The notes beneath the pieces were generated by a model, which searched no databases, was not told the DNA's origin, and was given only the letters and a program-made list of their open reading frames with translations. The position numbers and the translations under genes were made by a program. Positions 7,205 through 18,000 of a DNA stretch of 64,000 bases are shown in pieces; position 1 is the stretch's first letter, and every line of letters starts with the position of its first letter. This DNA comes from Candidatus Hydrogenedentota bacterium (lineage in GTDB: Bacteria; Hydrogenedentota; Hydrogenedentia; Hydrogenedentales; SLHB01): positions 160,001 to 224,000 of the forward strand of contig CAXXYE010000001.1 in the NCBI GenBank assembly GCA_963674865.2, read 5' to 3'.

Positions 7205-9295
7205 TTACTCCTCGTCATCCAAGGCCTGTAGCAGCCCAGGCACGTTCTTCGCGCCCGCCGGCACGGTGATGGACGCCCCCTCGAATGCGTCGCCGATAGG
7301 CTCGATGCGCCCGCCCAACTGCTGCGCGAGGAATCCTTCCGCCACGGCGTAGAAGGACAATCGGTTTTCCGGCCGGGCGAAGCCGTGTCCCTCGTCCGGA
7401 TAGAGCACGTAGGTGACGGGAATGTCCTTCTCCTTCATGGCTTGGACAATCTGATCGGATTCCGCCTGCTTCACGCGGGGATCATTCGCGCCTTGCGCGA
7501 TCAGGAGCGGTTTCCGGATACGATCCACGTATGTCAACGGGGAGCGCTCGGCGAGCAATGCGCGACCCTCCTCTGTCCGGTGATCGCCCACCCGCGCCGT
7601 CCATAGCTCGATCATGGGCAGCCAGTACGGCGGAAACGAGTTGATCAGGGTGATCAGGTTTGACGGCCCGACCACGTCCACGGCGCACGCGAAGACGTCC
7701 GGCGTGAAAGTCAGCCCGGCCAGCGCGGCGTAGCCGCCGTAGCTTCCTCCGAAGATGGCCACGCGCGCGGGATCGGCGATGCCTTGATCGATGGCCCACT
7801 GCACCGCATCGATGAGGTCGTCATGCATCTTGCGGCCCCACTCCAGATTGGCCGCGTTCACGAAATCTTTCCCGAAGCCTGTGGAGCCTCGGTAGTTCAC
7901 GTCGAGGACGGCGTATCCTCGATTGGCCAGCCACTGGTGCGTTGGATCGAGGCCCCACACGGCGCGCGTCCACGGCCCTCCGTGTACCTGCAACACCATC
8001 GGCAGCGGACTGGTAGGCCGGCCATCGTTGTCCGTATCCGTGCCGGGCGGCAGCGAGAGGTAGCTCACCAGGCTGAGGCCATCGCGGGACGTGATGACAA
8101 CGGGATGCATCGGAACCAGCGGCACGCCCTCGAGTTCGCGCCGGGTCGTAAACAAGAACTGCGCGTTGCCATCGCGCCGATCATAGCGGTAGAACGACGA
8201 CGGGGCGTCGTCCCGCCGGAAGGCGACGATCCACTGCGTATCATCCAGCGTGCGGCTGACGACGGCGATATCGCCCGGCGAGATAGTCTTCAGGCGCTCG
8301 AAATCGGCCGCAACGGCGGAGTCGAAGACTTGCCAGTGCTTTCGCTCGTAAGTGAAAGCCACCGCTTCGACGGTTTTCTCCGTAGGATGGCGCATGATGC
8401 CGCTCAGATCGGCCTTCGGATCCTCGGCGATGAGTCGCTGCTCGCCGGTGGCGAGGTCGAGCGTGACGAGCGCCGCCGTGTTGCGCCCGCGGCTGTCCAC
8501 CAAGTAGAGAACTTGGCCGCTCTTGTCGAAACCGGACGTGTACGTCGTGAGGCTATCGGCCATGCCGATATCCAGGAACGGCTCCCACGAGCCGTCGGCG
8601 CCCGGCTGCAGCAATTGCCGCCCGCCGTCGGGCGTCATCTTCGTGGCAAAGCGGATACGATACTCGTCGTCGGTGATGAATCCAGCAAAACCTGGATTCT
8701 CCTGGATCAACAGCCGCTCGCCCGAGAGCAAGTCGAGTCGGTAGATATCGTGTAGTTTCGGATCACGATCATTCAGTCCGATGAGGATCTCCTCGGGAGA
8801 CTTGTAGCTGACGCGCTCGATCTCGGCCCGCACGTCCTCGATCGGCGTAAGATCGCGCGTCGTGCCGCTCGCCAGATCGACCACGTAAACGCGCCAATTC
8901 TCGTCCCCGTCCTTATCCTGCAAGTAGACGATGTGCTTGCAGGTGTAGGCCCAGAAGTAGATGCGAACGCCCCGCTTCGTGTCGGCCGTAACAGGCCGGG
9001 CGGCGCCCGGATCTCCGGCAGGCCCCACCCACACGTTGAGCACGTTGTCCACGGGGGCGAGGAAGGCGAGTTGCGTGCCGTCGGGGCTTAGCCGCGGGCT
9101 GGCTTTGTCCGGATTGCCGAACAAGAGCCGCCGCGCAATGATGGGCGCGGCGATGGAGGCCGCCGCCGTCTTTCCGTGCGTGCCGTGCGAGTCCGTTCCC
9201 AAGGCGGCGCAACCTATCAGGGCTGCCGCCATTACCGCGCACATGATCCAGAAGCCGAGCCGGACACCTGTCGCCGACGCTTTGCACTCTCGCAT
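7205..9295 (-). CDS. S9 family peptidase (dipeptidyl aminopeptidase/acylaminoacyl peptidase), probable lipoprotein
   Basis: HGGPW, nucleophile motif GGSYGGY, GANDPRV, DEGHGF; lipobox-like LIGC. Start codon uncertain. Confidence 0.93.
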   Translation of the reverse strand: MRECKASATGVRLGFWIMCAVMAAALIGCAALGTDSHGTHGKTAAASIAAPIIARRLLFGNPDKASPRLSPDGTQLAFLAPVDNVLNVWVGPAGDPGAARPVTADTKRGVRIYFWAYTCKHIVYLQDKDGDENWRVYVVDLASGTTRDLTPIEDVRAEIERVSYKSPEEILIGLNDRDPKLHDIYRLDLLSGERLLIQENPGFAGFITDDEYRIRFATKMTPDGGRQLLQPGADGSWEPFLDIGMADSLTTYTSGFDKSGQVLYLVDSRGRNTAALVTLDLATGEQRLIAEDPKADLSGIMRHPTEKTVEAVAFTYERKHWQVFDSAVAADFERLKTISPGDIAVVSRTLDDTQWIVAFRRDDAPSSFYRYDRRDGNAQFLFTTRRELEGVPLVPMHPVVITSRDGLSLVSYLSLPPGTDTDNDGRPTSPLPMVLQVHGGPWTRAVWGLDPTHQWLANRGYAVLDVNYRGSTGFGKDFVNAANLEWGRKMHDDLIDAVQWAIDQGIADPARVAIFGGSYGGYAALAGLTFTPDVFACAVDVVGPSNLITLINSFPPYWLPMIELWTARVGDHRTEEGRALLAERSPLTYVDRIRKPLLIAQGANDPRVKQAESDQIVQAMKEKDIPVTYVLYPDEGHGFARPENRLSFYAVAEGFLAQQLGGRIEPIGDAFEGASITVPAGAKNVPGLLQALDDEE

Positions 9296-9456
9296 AGTAT
9301 CTTTTCCTTGTGATCCCGCCTGAAGTGTGATGTCGTCCGTTCTGCCAGATCCGCCTGATGTTGTCAATGTGGTGGGAGGCACCCATCATCTTGCGGCCGC
9401 GATTCTATGAGGGAAAGGGGAAAGGTGCAATGGGCGGATGCGTGCGTCAAGACGTG

Positions 9457-11817
9457 CTACTGTTCCACGACCTCGAAGGGGATGGCCGGGAGCGCGCCAA
9501 CGGAAATCGTACGCTTACGCGTCGTGCCTTTGTCTCGTGGATCAGGCCTCGCGAGTTCCGCGAAAGCTCCTACGATCAGGTTATTCCTGCCGCCGGCCTC
9601 AAGTGCGCCTCCATCAGCAGCCAGTTCCAGAACGAGCATCCCGCGGGAGGCAGCAACGTTTTTGAGAGTGATCCCTTCGGGCGGGTCAAGGAGTTCAAAG
9701 TGGACCTCGGGCGGCATCGGGCGTCTGCCGATCTGGAAGTGTGCCCCTGCCGTGCCACCTTCGGGAATTCGGACGGGATCATCCTTGGCGGATCTGATGG
9801 GCGCGCCGCCGCGTTTGTCCCCTTTGACGGCGACGATGAACTCCTGCGAGGGCACCAAGTGCCTGTATAGGAACGCCTGCATCATATCCTCTGCCGGTAT
9901 GGCAGGTTGACGCATTGTTTCGCCGTCTATTTCCGCGCGCCCTTCTATCTTCACGGCGACGGGCCCATCTTGTGGCTTCCGCGGCACCGTCAGCGTCATG
10001 TGGATGTGGTCGCGTCCCGCCGGGATCGTGGCGCCACTCAACGAGAAGCCGGGGGGCGCATCGGCCAACACCACATCAATATCCCGATCGAATCCTTCCT
10101 CACGCAATGCGTAGACACAGATAGGCGTGGCCCATCCGGCCCGTAGGCTGAGGCTCGAAGGCGTCACCAACAAGCGGAAGCGGGGGCGCGGCGCGGAGAT
10201 TCGGAATCGATAGGCGTAGGCCTCCCCGCCGTGACGCTGTGCTTCGGACATGTGCAGGCGGTACAGGCCGTCCTGTGGGAGTCGGGCGTGGAGATAGGAA
10301 TCGGCGTGGTGCGTGAGCAAGCCCATGTCGGTTCGCAGATAGCCTTCCTTCACTTCGTGATCATCATTCCACGCCAAGATCTGCCCGGCGGCATCCGTCA
10401 AACGCACCAGAGAATCCACCGGAGAGCCTAATCTGCGCGCCATGACTTCGGCCACGACTTCGTCGCCCGCGTGGCCTTCAAACGCGAACACGTCCACGTC
10501 GCCTGATTCCGCGATGAGGCCGTTCACGATCAGCGGCAGTGTGACGGCCTGTGCGTCACTCGCCGTGTCGTTAGGCTCCTTCTCATTGCATTCGGGCAAC
10601 GTGTCCACGGCATAGGCCACGCCGTTGGATAGTGCCTCGCCGTCGCCCAAGGAAGCCTGTCGGATACGCGCGCCGCCCGGCCGTGTGTCAAGCTTCAGGC
10701 GTCGCCGCGGCAGATTCCATCCTGTGACGGATGCAACAGCCTTAGCGTCCTCGCGTCCGCCCAGGGGATACATCCCGGTTATGAATGGCTCTTCTCCAAC
10801 GGAAACGCGGTATACGAAATCCTCCCGGCCTCGGTAGATGGCATCGTGGATCTCCAGTTCGTACTCGCCGTCGGCAGGCACAGTGTAGAAAAGAACCGGG
10901 TCGGGGCGGAACCTGTAATCGTCCTCGAAGGCGAGCTCGTTTCCTCGACTGTCATACAAGGCGAGCGTAGGCTGAAACCACCCAGGGACGGCGTCGGCCA
11001 GGAAGGGGATGAGCCGCCGCGCTGACACCTCCATCACGAGTTGCTGCCCCTTTCGCGCCTGGAAGCGAAAACGATCGATGTCCCCGGGCTTGATCTGTCC
11101 ATTGAACAGCACGGGCAAGTCGGCAGGCGCCATCTTCGTGGCTCTCGGGGGGGGCTCCCCGTCGTTAGGCTCAAGCTCCTGGAGTTCCGGAAGCGTGCCC
11201 ACCTGAAAACACAGAGGATTCGTCAGGCCCATTCGTGTCTCGATGCGCAACTCCCTGTCGCCGGGTGGCGCATCGGGATCGATCGTCACCTCTATGACCA
11301 CCATCTCGGCAAGCTGCCTGTTGCGCTGCATCTTCTCCTTGGATGTGAAGAGTTCACGCATGACGTGCTGCAGTTCCAGGAGGCTCAGGCTGTCCAGGTT
11401 GTTGAGCAAGGGATGATGAGGAAGTTCCACAGGCCCTGCATCCTCCTGTACCGGCCCTTCCTCTGCGGGTTTTCCGCGCGGCGGCCTACGGCGCATGAGA
11501 GGGCCTTCCCTGCCCGTCAGCTCAGCCCAGCGCTCGCTGAGTTGTCTTTGGACCTCTATCCGCTCTTCGCCTTTCAGGCGGAGCTGCTTGGCGTAATCGA
11601 CGACTTCGGCGTGCACGCCTTCGCCGGTGACGTACACCTGGCGGGCGAGCCGCAGGTATTGCCCTCCCGCCATCACGTTGACAATCGTGCCCTGCTTGCC
11701 GCCGGCGGGATAGAGATAGCCGATATGCGGCGTCACGTTCCCCGACTGTCCCAATGCTTCCGTACTGAGCAGGGCGAGAGCCAGGAGCGTCAGGCTGCGT
11801 ATCATCCGCATGGGCAT
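9457..11817 (-). CDS. Secreted PPC (pre-peptidase C-terminal) domain protein of the DUF1501/DUF1553 cluster type
   Basis: Signal peptide; PHIGYLYPAGG; repeated ExEPND and D.D.F.F motifs; RBS GAGGAG before ATG 11817. Confidence 0.8.
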   Translation of the reverse strand: MPMRMIRSLTLLALALLSTEALGQSGNVTPHIGYLYPAGGKQGTIVNVMAGGQYLRLARQVYVTGEGVHAEVVDYAKQLRLKGEERIEVQRQLSERWAELTGREGPLMRRRPPRGKPAEEGPVQEDAGPVELPHHPLLNNLDSLSLLELQHVMRELFTSKEKMQRNRQLAEMVVIEVTIDPDAPPGDRELRIETRMGLTNPLCFQVGTLPELQELEPNDGEPPPRATKMAPADLPVLFNGQIKPGDIDRFRFQARKGQQLVMEVSARRLIPFLADAVPGWFQPTLALYDSRGNELAFEDDYRFRPDPVLFYTVPADGEYELEIHDAIYRGREDFVYRVSVGEEPFITGMYPLGGREDAKAVASVTGWNLPRRRLKLDTRPGGARIRQASLGDGEALSNGVAYAVDTLPECNEKEPNDTASDAQAVTLPLIVNGLIAESGDVDVFAFEGHAGDEVVAEVMARRLGSPVDSLVRLTDAAGQILAWNDDHEVKEGYLRTDMGLLTHHADSYLHARLPQDGLYRLHMSEAQRHGGEAYAYRFRISAPRPRFRLLVTPSSLSLRAGWATPICVYALREEGFDRDIDVVLADAPPGFSLSGATIPAGRDHIHMTLTVPRKPQDGPVAVKIEGRAEIDGETMRQPAIPAEDMMQAFLYRHLVPSQEFIVAVKGDKRGGAPIRSAKDDPVRIPEGGTAGAHFQIGRRPMPPEVHFELLDPPEGITLKNVAASRGMLVLELAADGGALEAGGRNNLIVGAFAELARPDPRDKGTTRKRTISVGALPAIPFEVVEQ

Positions 11818-11827
11818 ACTCCTCAAC

Positions 11828-13126
11828 CTACATGATCTCGCGGAGGCGCCCGGCGCCTTCTTCGCTGGCGGGCATGATCTGCACATCGAGTCCTTTGTTG
11901 TTCGGGAGCGGAGATTCCGGGTCGATGTCCAGTAACTCGTACATGCTGCCTATCAGATCCTGTGGATACACGGCACGCTCGGCCACTTCCTCGCCTTTCG
12001 CGTCCGATGCGCCCACAACGCGGCCCCCCTTGAAGCCTCCTCCGGCAACCACAGCCGAGAAGCACTTACCGTAGTGTCCGCGGCCGCCGTTCCAAGGGGA
12101 CTCCCATTGGACTTTCGGTGTCCGCCCAAATTCGCCGCTCCACCAGACAATGGTTGAGTCAAGCAGGCTCCGCTCGTCCAAATCCACCAGCAACTGCGCC
12201 ATTCCCTGATCCATTTCCGGCAGTTGCCGGCGCATCGCCTCGAAATGCTGCTTGTGTGTGTCCCATCCGTGGTAGTTGATCGTCACGTAGGGCACGCCTT
12301 GCTCGACGAGTCGCCGGGCCATTAGGCACGACTGGCCGAACGTGTTGCGGCCGTAGCGCTCGCGCATGTCGTCTGTTTCCTCTGATAGATTGAACAGGCG
12401 TTTCGCTTCGCCGAACATCATCTGGTAAGCGTTTTCTTCGCAGCGGCTGAACTGGGCCAAGCTGGGGTCGTCGGGCATCGCCCTCCCGAGTGAGTCAAGC
12501 GCGTGAAGCAGCGTGCGGCGGCTCAATTGGCGTTGATCGGAGATGCCTTCCGCGACAATTCCCTCCACCGCAAAGGGTTCATGATTGGGATCGCCTCCTG
12601 TGGCGAACGGCTTGTAGCGCTGTCCCAGGAAGCCGGCCTCCGAGAAGCGGCCTTGAGGCTCCGTCAGCACGATGTAAGGAGGCACACAGCCTTTGTAACC
12701 GTGCTCGTATCCTCGTAGAAGCGATACGACTGCTCCCATACAGGGATATACCAATCGCCCGGGCTGTCTGCCGGTTTGCACTATGTACGACGCCGTCTCG
12801 TGCGCGTTTACGCCGTGCGTCATGCTTCGGATGATGGCGTACTTATCGGCCTGCTGTGCCAGGAGCGGCAGCATCTCCCCAATATAGGTACCGTCGACGT
12901 TGGTGGGAATCGTGTTCTTCAGCGGCCCGCAGTAATCGCTCCCCGCGTCGGGCTTGGGGTCGAAAGTGTCCAGATGGGATGGGCCGCCCCACATCCAGAT
13001 CTGGATCACGGCTTTGGCCTTGGGCGAAGGCGCTGTACTTAGTGCGTGAGCGCGGCCTTTGCCGGCGAGCGCCAAACCGGCCGCCCCAAGCAATCCGCGC
13101 TTCAAGGCTGCACGCCGTGTCATCAT
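11828..13126 (-). CDS. DUF1501 domain protein with Tat signal
   Basis: TRRAALK twin-arginine motif; GGPSHLDTFDPKP, ARRLVEQGV, GWDTH, GEFGRTP. Confidence 0.93.
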   Translation of the reverse strand: MMTRRAALKRGLLGAAGLALAGKGRAHALSTAPSPKAKAVIQIWMWGGPSHLDTFDPKPDAGSDYCGPLKNTIPTNVDGTYIGEMLPLLAQQADKYAIIRSMTHGVNAHETASYIVQTGRQPGRLVYPCMGAVVSLLRGYEHGYKGCVPPYIVLTEPQGRFSEAGFLGQRYKPFATGGDPNHEPFAVEGIVAEGISDQRQLSRRTLLHALDSLGRAMPDDPSLAQFSRCEENAYQMMFGEAKRLFNLSEETDDMRERYGRNTFGQSCLMARRLVEQGVPYVTINYHGWDTHKQHFEAMRRQLPEMDQGMAQLLVDLDERSLLDSTIVWWSGEFGRTPKVQWESPWNGGRGHYGKCFSAVVAGGGFKGGRVVGASDAKGEEVAERAVYPQDLIGSMYELLDIDPESPLPNNKGLDVQIMPASEEGAGRLREIM

Positions 13127-13201
13127 GTCCGGTGTTTCGCTGTGTGTTCATGTCTGTTTACCACCTTGCAGTGGATTGCCGCATGCGCGGGCCTTGCCCT
13201 C

Positions 13202-14767
13202 TCAATGCCGGTACAGGAATTCCTTCGTATTGATCAATGCCCACAAGAGATCGCCCACAGCTTCCGTAAGCGTCAGTCCATCCGTCTGAAGATACGAGTC
13301 TGCCGTGTCCAGCTCGGCCTGCGTCGGGAAGCGTGACAAGACACTCAGATACAGCATATTGATCGCCCGCGAGGGATCCTGCTCGACGGTATTGGCCAGG
13401 CGGCGTAGATTTCGGCTTCGCTCGATCTTGTTTTGAATGTGCGTCGAATTGAGCAAGTGCAGACACTGTGCGTCGGTAGGTTCATTGTTGCGCTCCGACT
13501 CCAAACCTGTGTCGCGGGATGGCCGCCCGAACATCTCGAGAAACTGGCTGGTGATGCTGCCGTCGGCAAGCGTGATGGAGGGCAAGCTCTTGGGGATGAA
13601 GCTGAACGGTTCCGGTATCGGACTGGAGTAGCCTTCGCCGATGCCGCTGATGCGAGATAGCGCGTCGGAGAGCACCTCCGCATCCAGGCGCCGTACCGGA
13701 TAGTGCGCGAAAAAGATTGTCGCCTCCGGCTCATCGCTCCGCGCGATTGATGACTGCTGGTAAGTACACGAGTTGAGAATGAGCCGGAAAATGTGTTTCA
13801 GATCGCAATTGCTTTTGTAGAACTCGTGCTCGAGATAGGCGAGCACATCCGGGTGCACCGCCGGATTGTCGTCGCGGATGTCATCGGGCTCATGTATGAG
13901 GCCTCGGCCCAACAGCCAGGCCCAGGCGCGGTTCACGATATTGCGGGCGAACCAGGGATTGTCCTCACGAATCAGCCAATCAGCGAAGGCCTCGCGAGGA
14001 TCTTCGTAAGGACTTACCTCAACAAATGCTCCGTCGGGGAAGACCGCCTTCAAGACGCCGTCGGCGGCGGGGTCCGGGTAGACAATCTCCTCCTTCCATT
14101 CCGACGTGCTCTTGTAGGCCACGCGCTCGAAAAACGCAGCCATGCCAGCGCGCCGCTCCTCCGGCCAGTTCTCGATTCGGGCGCCCATGAACGTCAGCGC
14201 CACCGCGGCCGCGATGGCGGACGGTTCCGTGTCCTGTATGGCGCGGTAGAAGTTTACCGGGGGAACACGGAAGTTGCTGCCGCTCGACGTCAGCAACTCG
14301 CGGACAAACTCGTCATAGGATTTGTTGTCCCGGATCGCCTCGTAGATCCAGCGGTGGTATGCTTGCACCGCGTTCGGCCACAAGTTGATCGGAAACTCCG
14401 CCTTGACTCGGAGCAGATCGCACCATTTGAGTGTCCAGTAGTCGGCGAATTCCTCCCGTTCGAGCAAGGAATCGATGAGTATGGCACGCTTGTGTGGGCG
14501 TTCGTCGCGCAGAAACCGCAGGACCTCTTGAGGACGCGGTAGCGTGCCGATCACGTCCAGATACACGCGCCTGACGAAAACCTCGTCCGAGCAGAGATGG
14601 GCGGGTTGAAGTCCTCGAGAGAGAAACTCCGCCAGTACCAGTGCGTCGATAGTCTGGACTGGCAGGAATGCCTCGCGGCTTTCGTATGAGCGGATCACCT
14701 CGGACGCCGCGCCTTGCCCGGCCAGCGCCGCGACGAGAGTAAGTATTGCTGCGGCAGAGGTTTTCAT
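13202..14767 (-). CDS. DUF1549/DUF1553 (PSD1-type) domain protein
   Basis: FVRRVYLDVIGTLP, FARNIVNRAW..GRGLIHEPDD, RRLDAEVLSD, DLLWALINTKEFLYRH. Confidence 0.9.
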   Translation of the reverse strand: MKTSAAAILTLVAALAGQGAASEVIRSYESREAFLPVQTIDALVLAEFLSRGLQPAHLCSDEVFVRRVYLDVIGTLPRPQEVLRFLRDERPHKRAILIDSLLEREEFADYWTLKWCDLLRVKAEFPINLWPNAVQAYHRWIYEAIRDNKSYDEFVRELLTSSGSNFRVPPVNFYRAIQDTEPSAIAAAVALTFMGARIENWPEERRAGMAAFFERVAYKSTSEWKEEIVYPDPAADGVLKAVFPDGAFVEVSPYEDPREAFADWLIREDNPWFARNIVNRAWAWLLGRGLIHEPDDIRDDNPAVHPDVLAYLEHEFYKSNCDLKHIFRLILNSCTYQQSSIARSDEPEATIFFAHYPVRRLDAEVLSDALSRISGIGEGYSSPIPEPFSFIPKSLPSITLADGSITSQFLEMFGRPSRDTGLESERNNEPTDAQCLHLLNSTHIQNKIERSRNLRRLANTVEQDPSRAINMLYLSVLSRFPTQAELDTADSYLQTDGLTLTEAVGDLLWALINTKEFLYRH

Positions 14768-14910
14768 TGACGGGTATGAGTTGCTCCGTGCATCAGGATG
14801 TCAGAGGACGACTGCATATGATTGTGCCCAAACATTTGCGCAATGACCACAGAACCTAATCCAATAGGTACAACACCTTCGCAGCGGCGAGGTTCCCATA
14901 GGGGATTCAG

Positions 14911-14939
14911 TTGACTCCTCTTTCCCGCCCGTGGATACT
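14911..14939 (+). promoter_or_regulatory. Candidate sigma70 promoter TTGACT-17-GATACT
   Basis: Near-consensus boxes with 17-nt spacing in the divergent intergenic region upstream of 15067. Confidence 0.4.
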
Positions 14940-15066
14940 TGCCAACTGGGCCTGGGCAGGCGAACGGCCTTCCTCAGATCCAAAGCGAGGCGACGTGCAT
15001 GGCGACGCGATCAAATGGCCGGGACTTCCAGATTTGGCCGACTGTCTCCGGCGGCGCGAGGGGGAG

Positions 15067-18000
15067 ATGCGCTCTATGAATCTCGAGAACACCCACCGAC
15101 AACACCTGACTCACCCATATGATCGACGATTCTGGCCAGGCGCACTATGCATCGTGTTGGCGCTTGCGTCGTGTTCTGTCGTACAAGCGCAGGAGTGGCC
15201 GACCTATCGCGGCGACGCCAACCGGAGCGGGATTACTGTAGACGCCGTCCGGCCGCCACTCTCACTGAACTGGAAGTATGTATCGCCGCATCCACCTAAG
15301 CCGGCGTGGCCCATGCCCGCCGAGGAGATGCCTCGCACCCATTATGACAATGCGTTCCACGTAGCCATCGCGGGTGGCTCCGTCTACTTCGGGTCCTCCG
15401 TCACCGATGAGGCCTACGCCATTGATGCGGCCACCGGCGCGATTCGCTGGAGCTTCGCCGCCGAGGGCCCCGTCCGGTTCGCCCCCTCCGTCTACGAGAA
15501 CCGCGTCTATTTCGGCTCCGACGATGGCTACGCCTATTGTCTCGACGCAGACAGCGGCGCCTTGATATGGCGCTATCGGCCAGGCCCGAGCGATGAGAAA
15601 GTCATCGGCAACGGCCGCATGATCTCCCTCTGGCCCGTGCGCACCAGTGTACTTGTTGTCGACGGCGTTGCCTACTTTGCCGCCGGCGTGTTCCCTTATG
15701 AAGGCATCTACATCTGCGCCCTAGATGCCGGCAATGGCGCGGTTGTCTGGAAGAACGACACCATAGGCGACCACGCCCCGGAACTCGAGTACGGAGGCAT
15801 ATCGCCCCACGGCTACATCCTTGCGTCTAAGGACATGCTGTACGTGCCCTCAGGGCGCTCCATGCCCGCCGCCTTCGATCGCAAGACAGGCGCCTTCGCC
15901 TTCTGTGCTTCTCCCGGAGCGAAACAGGGCGGTGTCTGGGCTTTGCTGGACGACGATCAACTCATCGCGGGGGTCGACCTTTCGGGCACGCCGCACAAGG
16001 AAGCCTACGACGCCAAGACCGGCAAGAGCCGCGGCGATATGTTTGGGTGGTTTCCAGGCATCGACATGGTTCTCACTCGCGACGCGTCTTATGTAGCAGC
16101 TCCCGAAGGCGTCTACGGCTTCAGCCGCGCTGTTCACGCCGAGGCAGCCAAGCAGGCCGAATCCCTGAAGCGCGCGTTGAGGCCTCTCAAGGACAAGATG
16201 GCCGAACTGCGGGGTGAGTTGCGCGCGGCTACCAGTCCAACAGTGAAGGACGAGTTGAGCGCCGGGCTGGCCGATGTGTCCCGCCAGATCTACGAACTCG
16301 CGGAGCGAGAGGAGCGTCTCAGGGCGGCCAGTTTCCAATGGCATCATCCTCAGGAAGGACTGGCCGCTATTGTGCTGGCCGGAGACACGGTCTTCGCGGG
16401 CGGCGACGGCTACGTCATTGGCCTGGATCACAAGTCGGGCCGGGAGATCTGGCGTGCTAAGGTGCGCGGCAGGGCTGTGGGCCTTGCGCCCGCCGCCAGG
16501 GGCCTTGTCGTTAGCACCGACGTAGGCGGCGTGTACTGCTTTGGGCCAGACATGGGCGTTGCACCTAAGACTGTCAGCGCCACGGGGGCTCCGGATAGCG
16601 AGCTGGACGAGACGGTGCGGGAGTTCTACGCCTCCGCCGCCGAAATCATCTTGCGCGAGACGTCGGTTGCAAGGGGATATTGCCTTGTGTTGGATTGCGG
16701 CACAGGCCAACTCGCTTCCGAGCTCGCACGATATTCCGATCTCTACATCGTCGGAATAGAAACGGATCTCGGGAAATGCCGCGAGGCGCGTGAGCGTTTG
16801 GCCGCTGCCGGCCTGTTGGGCGTGCGGGCCGCTGTCGAGCCGTGGGACTTGTCGGCGCTGCCCGACTGCTTCGCCAATCTGATCGTGTCCGAGGGGATGC
16901 TTACCTCCGGCCGGACTGACGCCCCGCGCGAAGAGATCCAGCGGCTCTTGCGCCCGTGGGGCGGCATCGCGTACCTGGGCGCCGGCAAAGGAAGGAGCAT
17001 TCGCTGGACTCAGCGCCGCCGCGGTCCTCTCGACGGGGCCGGCAGTTGGACGCAGCAGTTCGGCAATCCTGCCAACACGGCCTGTTCCGGCGATGAACTG
17101 GTAAAAGGTCCTCTCGGCGTGCTCTGGTTTGGCGGCCCGGGCCCTGAGGGCATGGTCGAGCGCCATGCGAAGCCCGCCAGTCCTGTCGCGATGAACGGCC
17201 GCCTATTCGTGCAGGGCGGTGAAGTGATCATGGCCTACGATGGCTTCAACGGTGCTTTCTTGTGGCAGCGCGAGATTCCCGGTGCGGTGCGCGTGCGTGC
17301 GGATGCCGATGGCGGCAACCTGGCCCTTGCCGAGGAGGGCCTGTATGTGGCCGCACACGATAGGTGTCTTCGACTTGACCTCGACACCGGCGACACGCTC
17401 CGCATCTACGAGGCGCCGCCCTGTGAGGACGGCAGCCCTCGGCGGTGGGGGTGGGTTGCGCGCGCCGGTGGACTTCTCTTCGGCACACGCGCCATGCCTC
17501 TCCGCACCGAGTATGCGGCCATCTGGAAGGAACTGTCGCAGGAAGAGGAATTGCCCGAACCTGAAGAGATGGATCACGAAACACGGGAGGTCCTCCAGCA
17601 AGACCTGTCGCTATGGGAGGGCTACGAGGACTTCAGGGCCACATATGAAGATGTGGATGAAGAAGTGCTTCGAGATTTCCAGCGTGCGGGCACCCACTGG
17701 CGCATTGTGGCGGACTTCCCCGAGTGGGAGAACTACCGTCCCGGGCAAGGGTCGGTGAGCGATCTCATGATGGTGAGTGATCTGCTTTTCGCCATGGATC
17801 CGGATACCGGCGATATCGTGTGGGCCTATCCCGGAAAGCGGATCGCGAACATCACCGTAAGCATTGGCGACGGAACAGTCTTCCTCGCGGAAAGTGACGT
17901 GACAGAGGCCGAGCGACAGGAGGCGCTGGCCGATCGCCGCCAATGGATTGAGCGCGGCCTGTATCAGGAGTGGCCCGGGGCCGGGCCCGACGACATCGGC

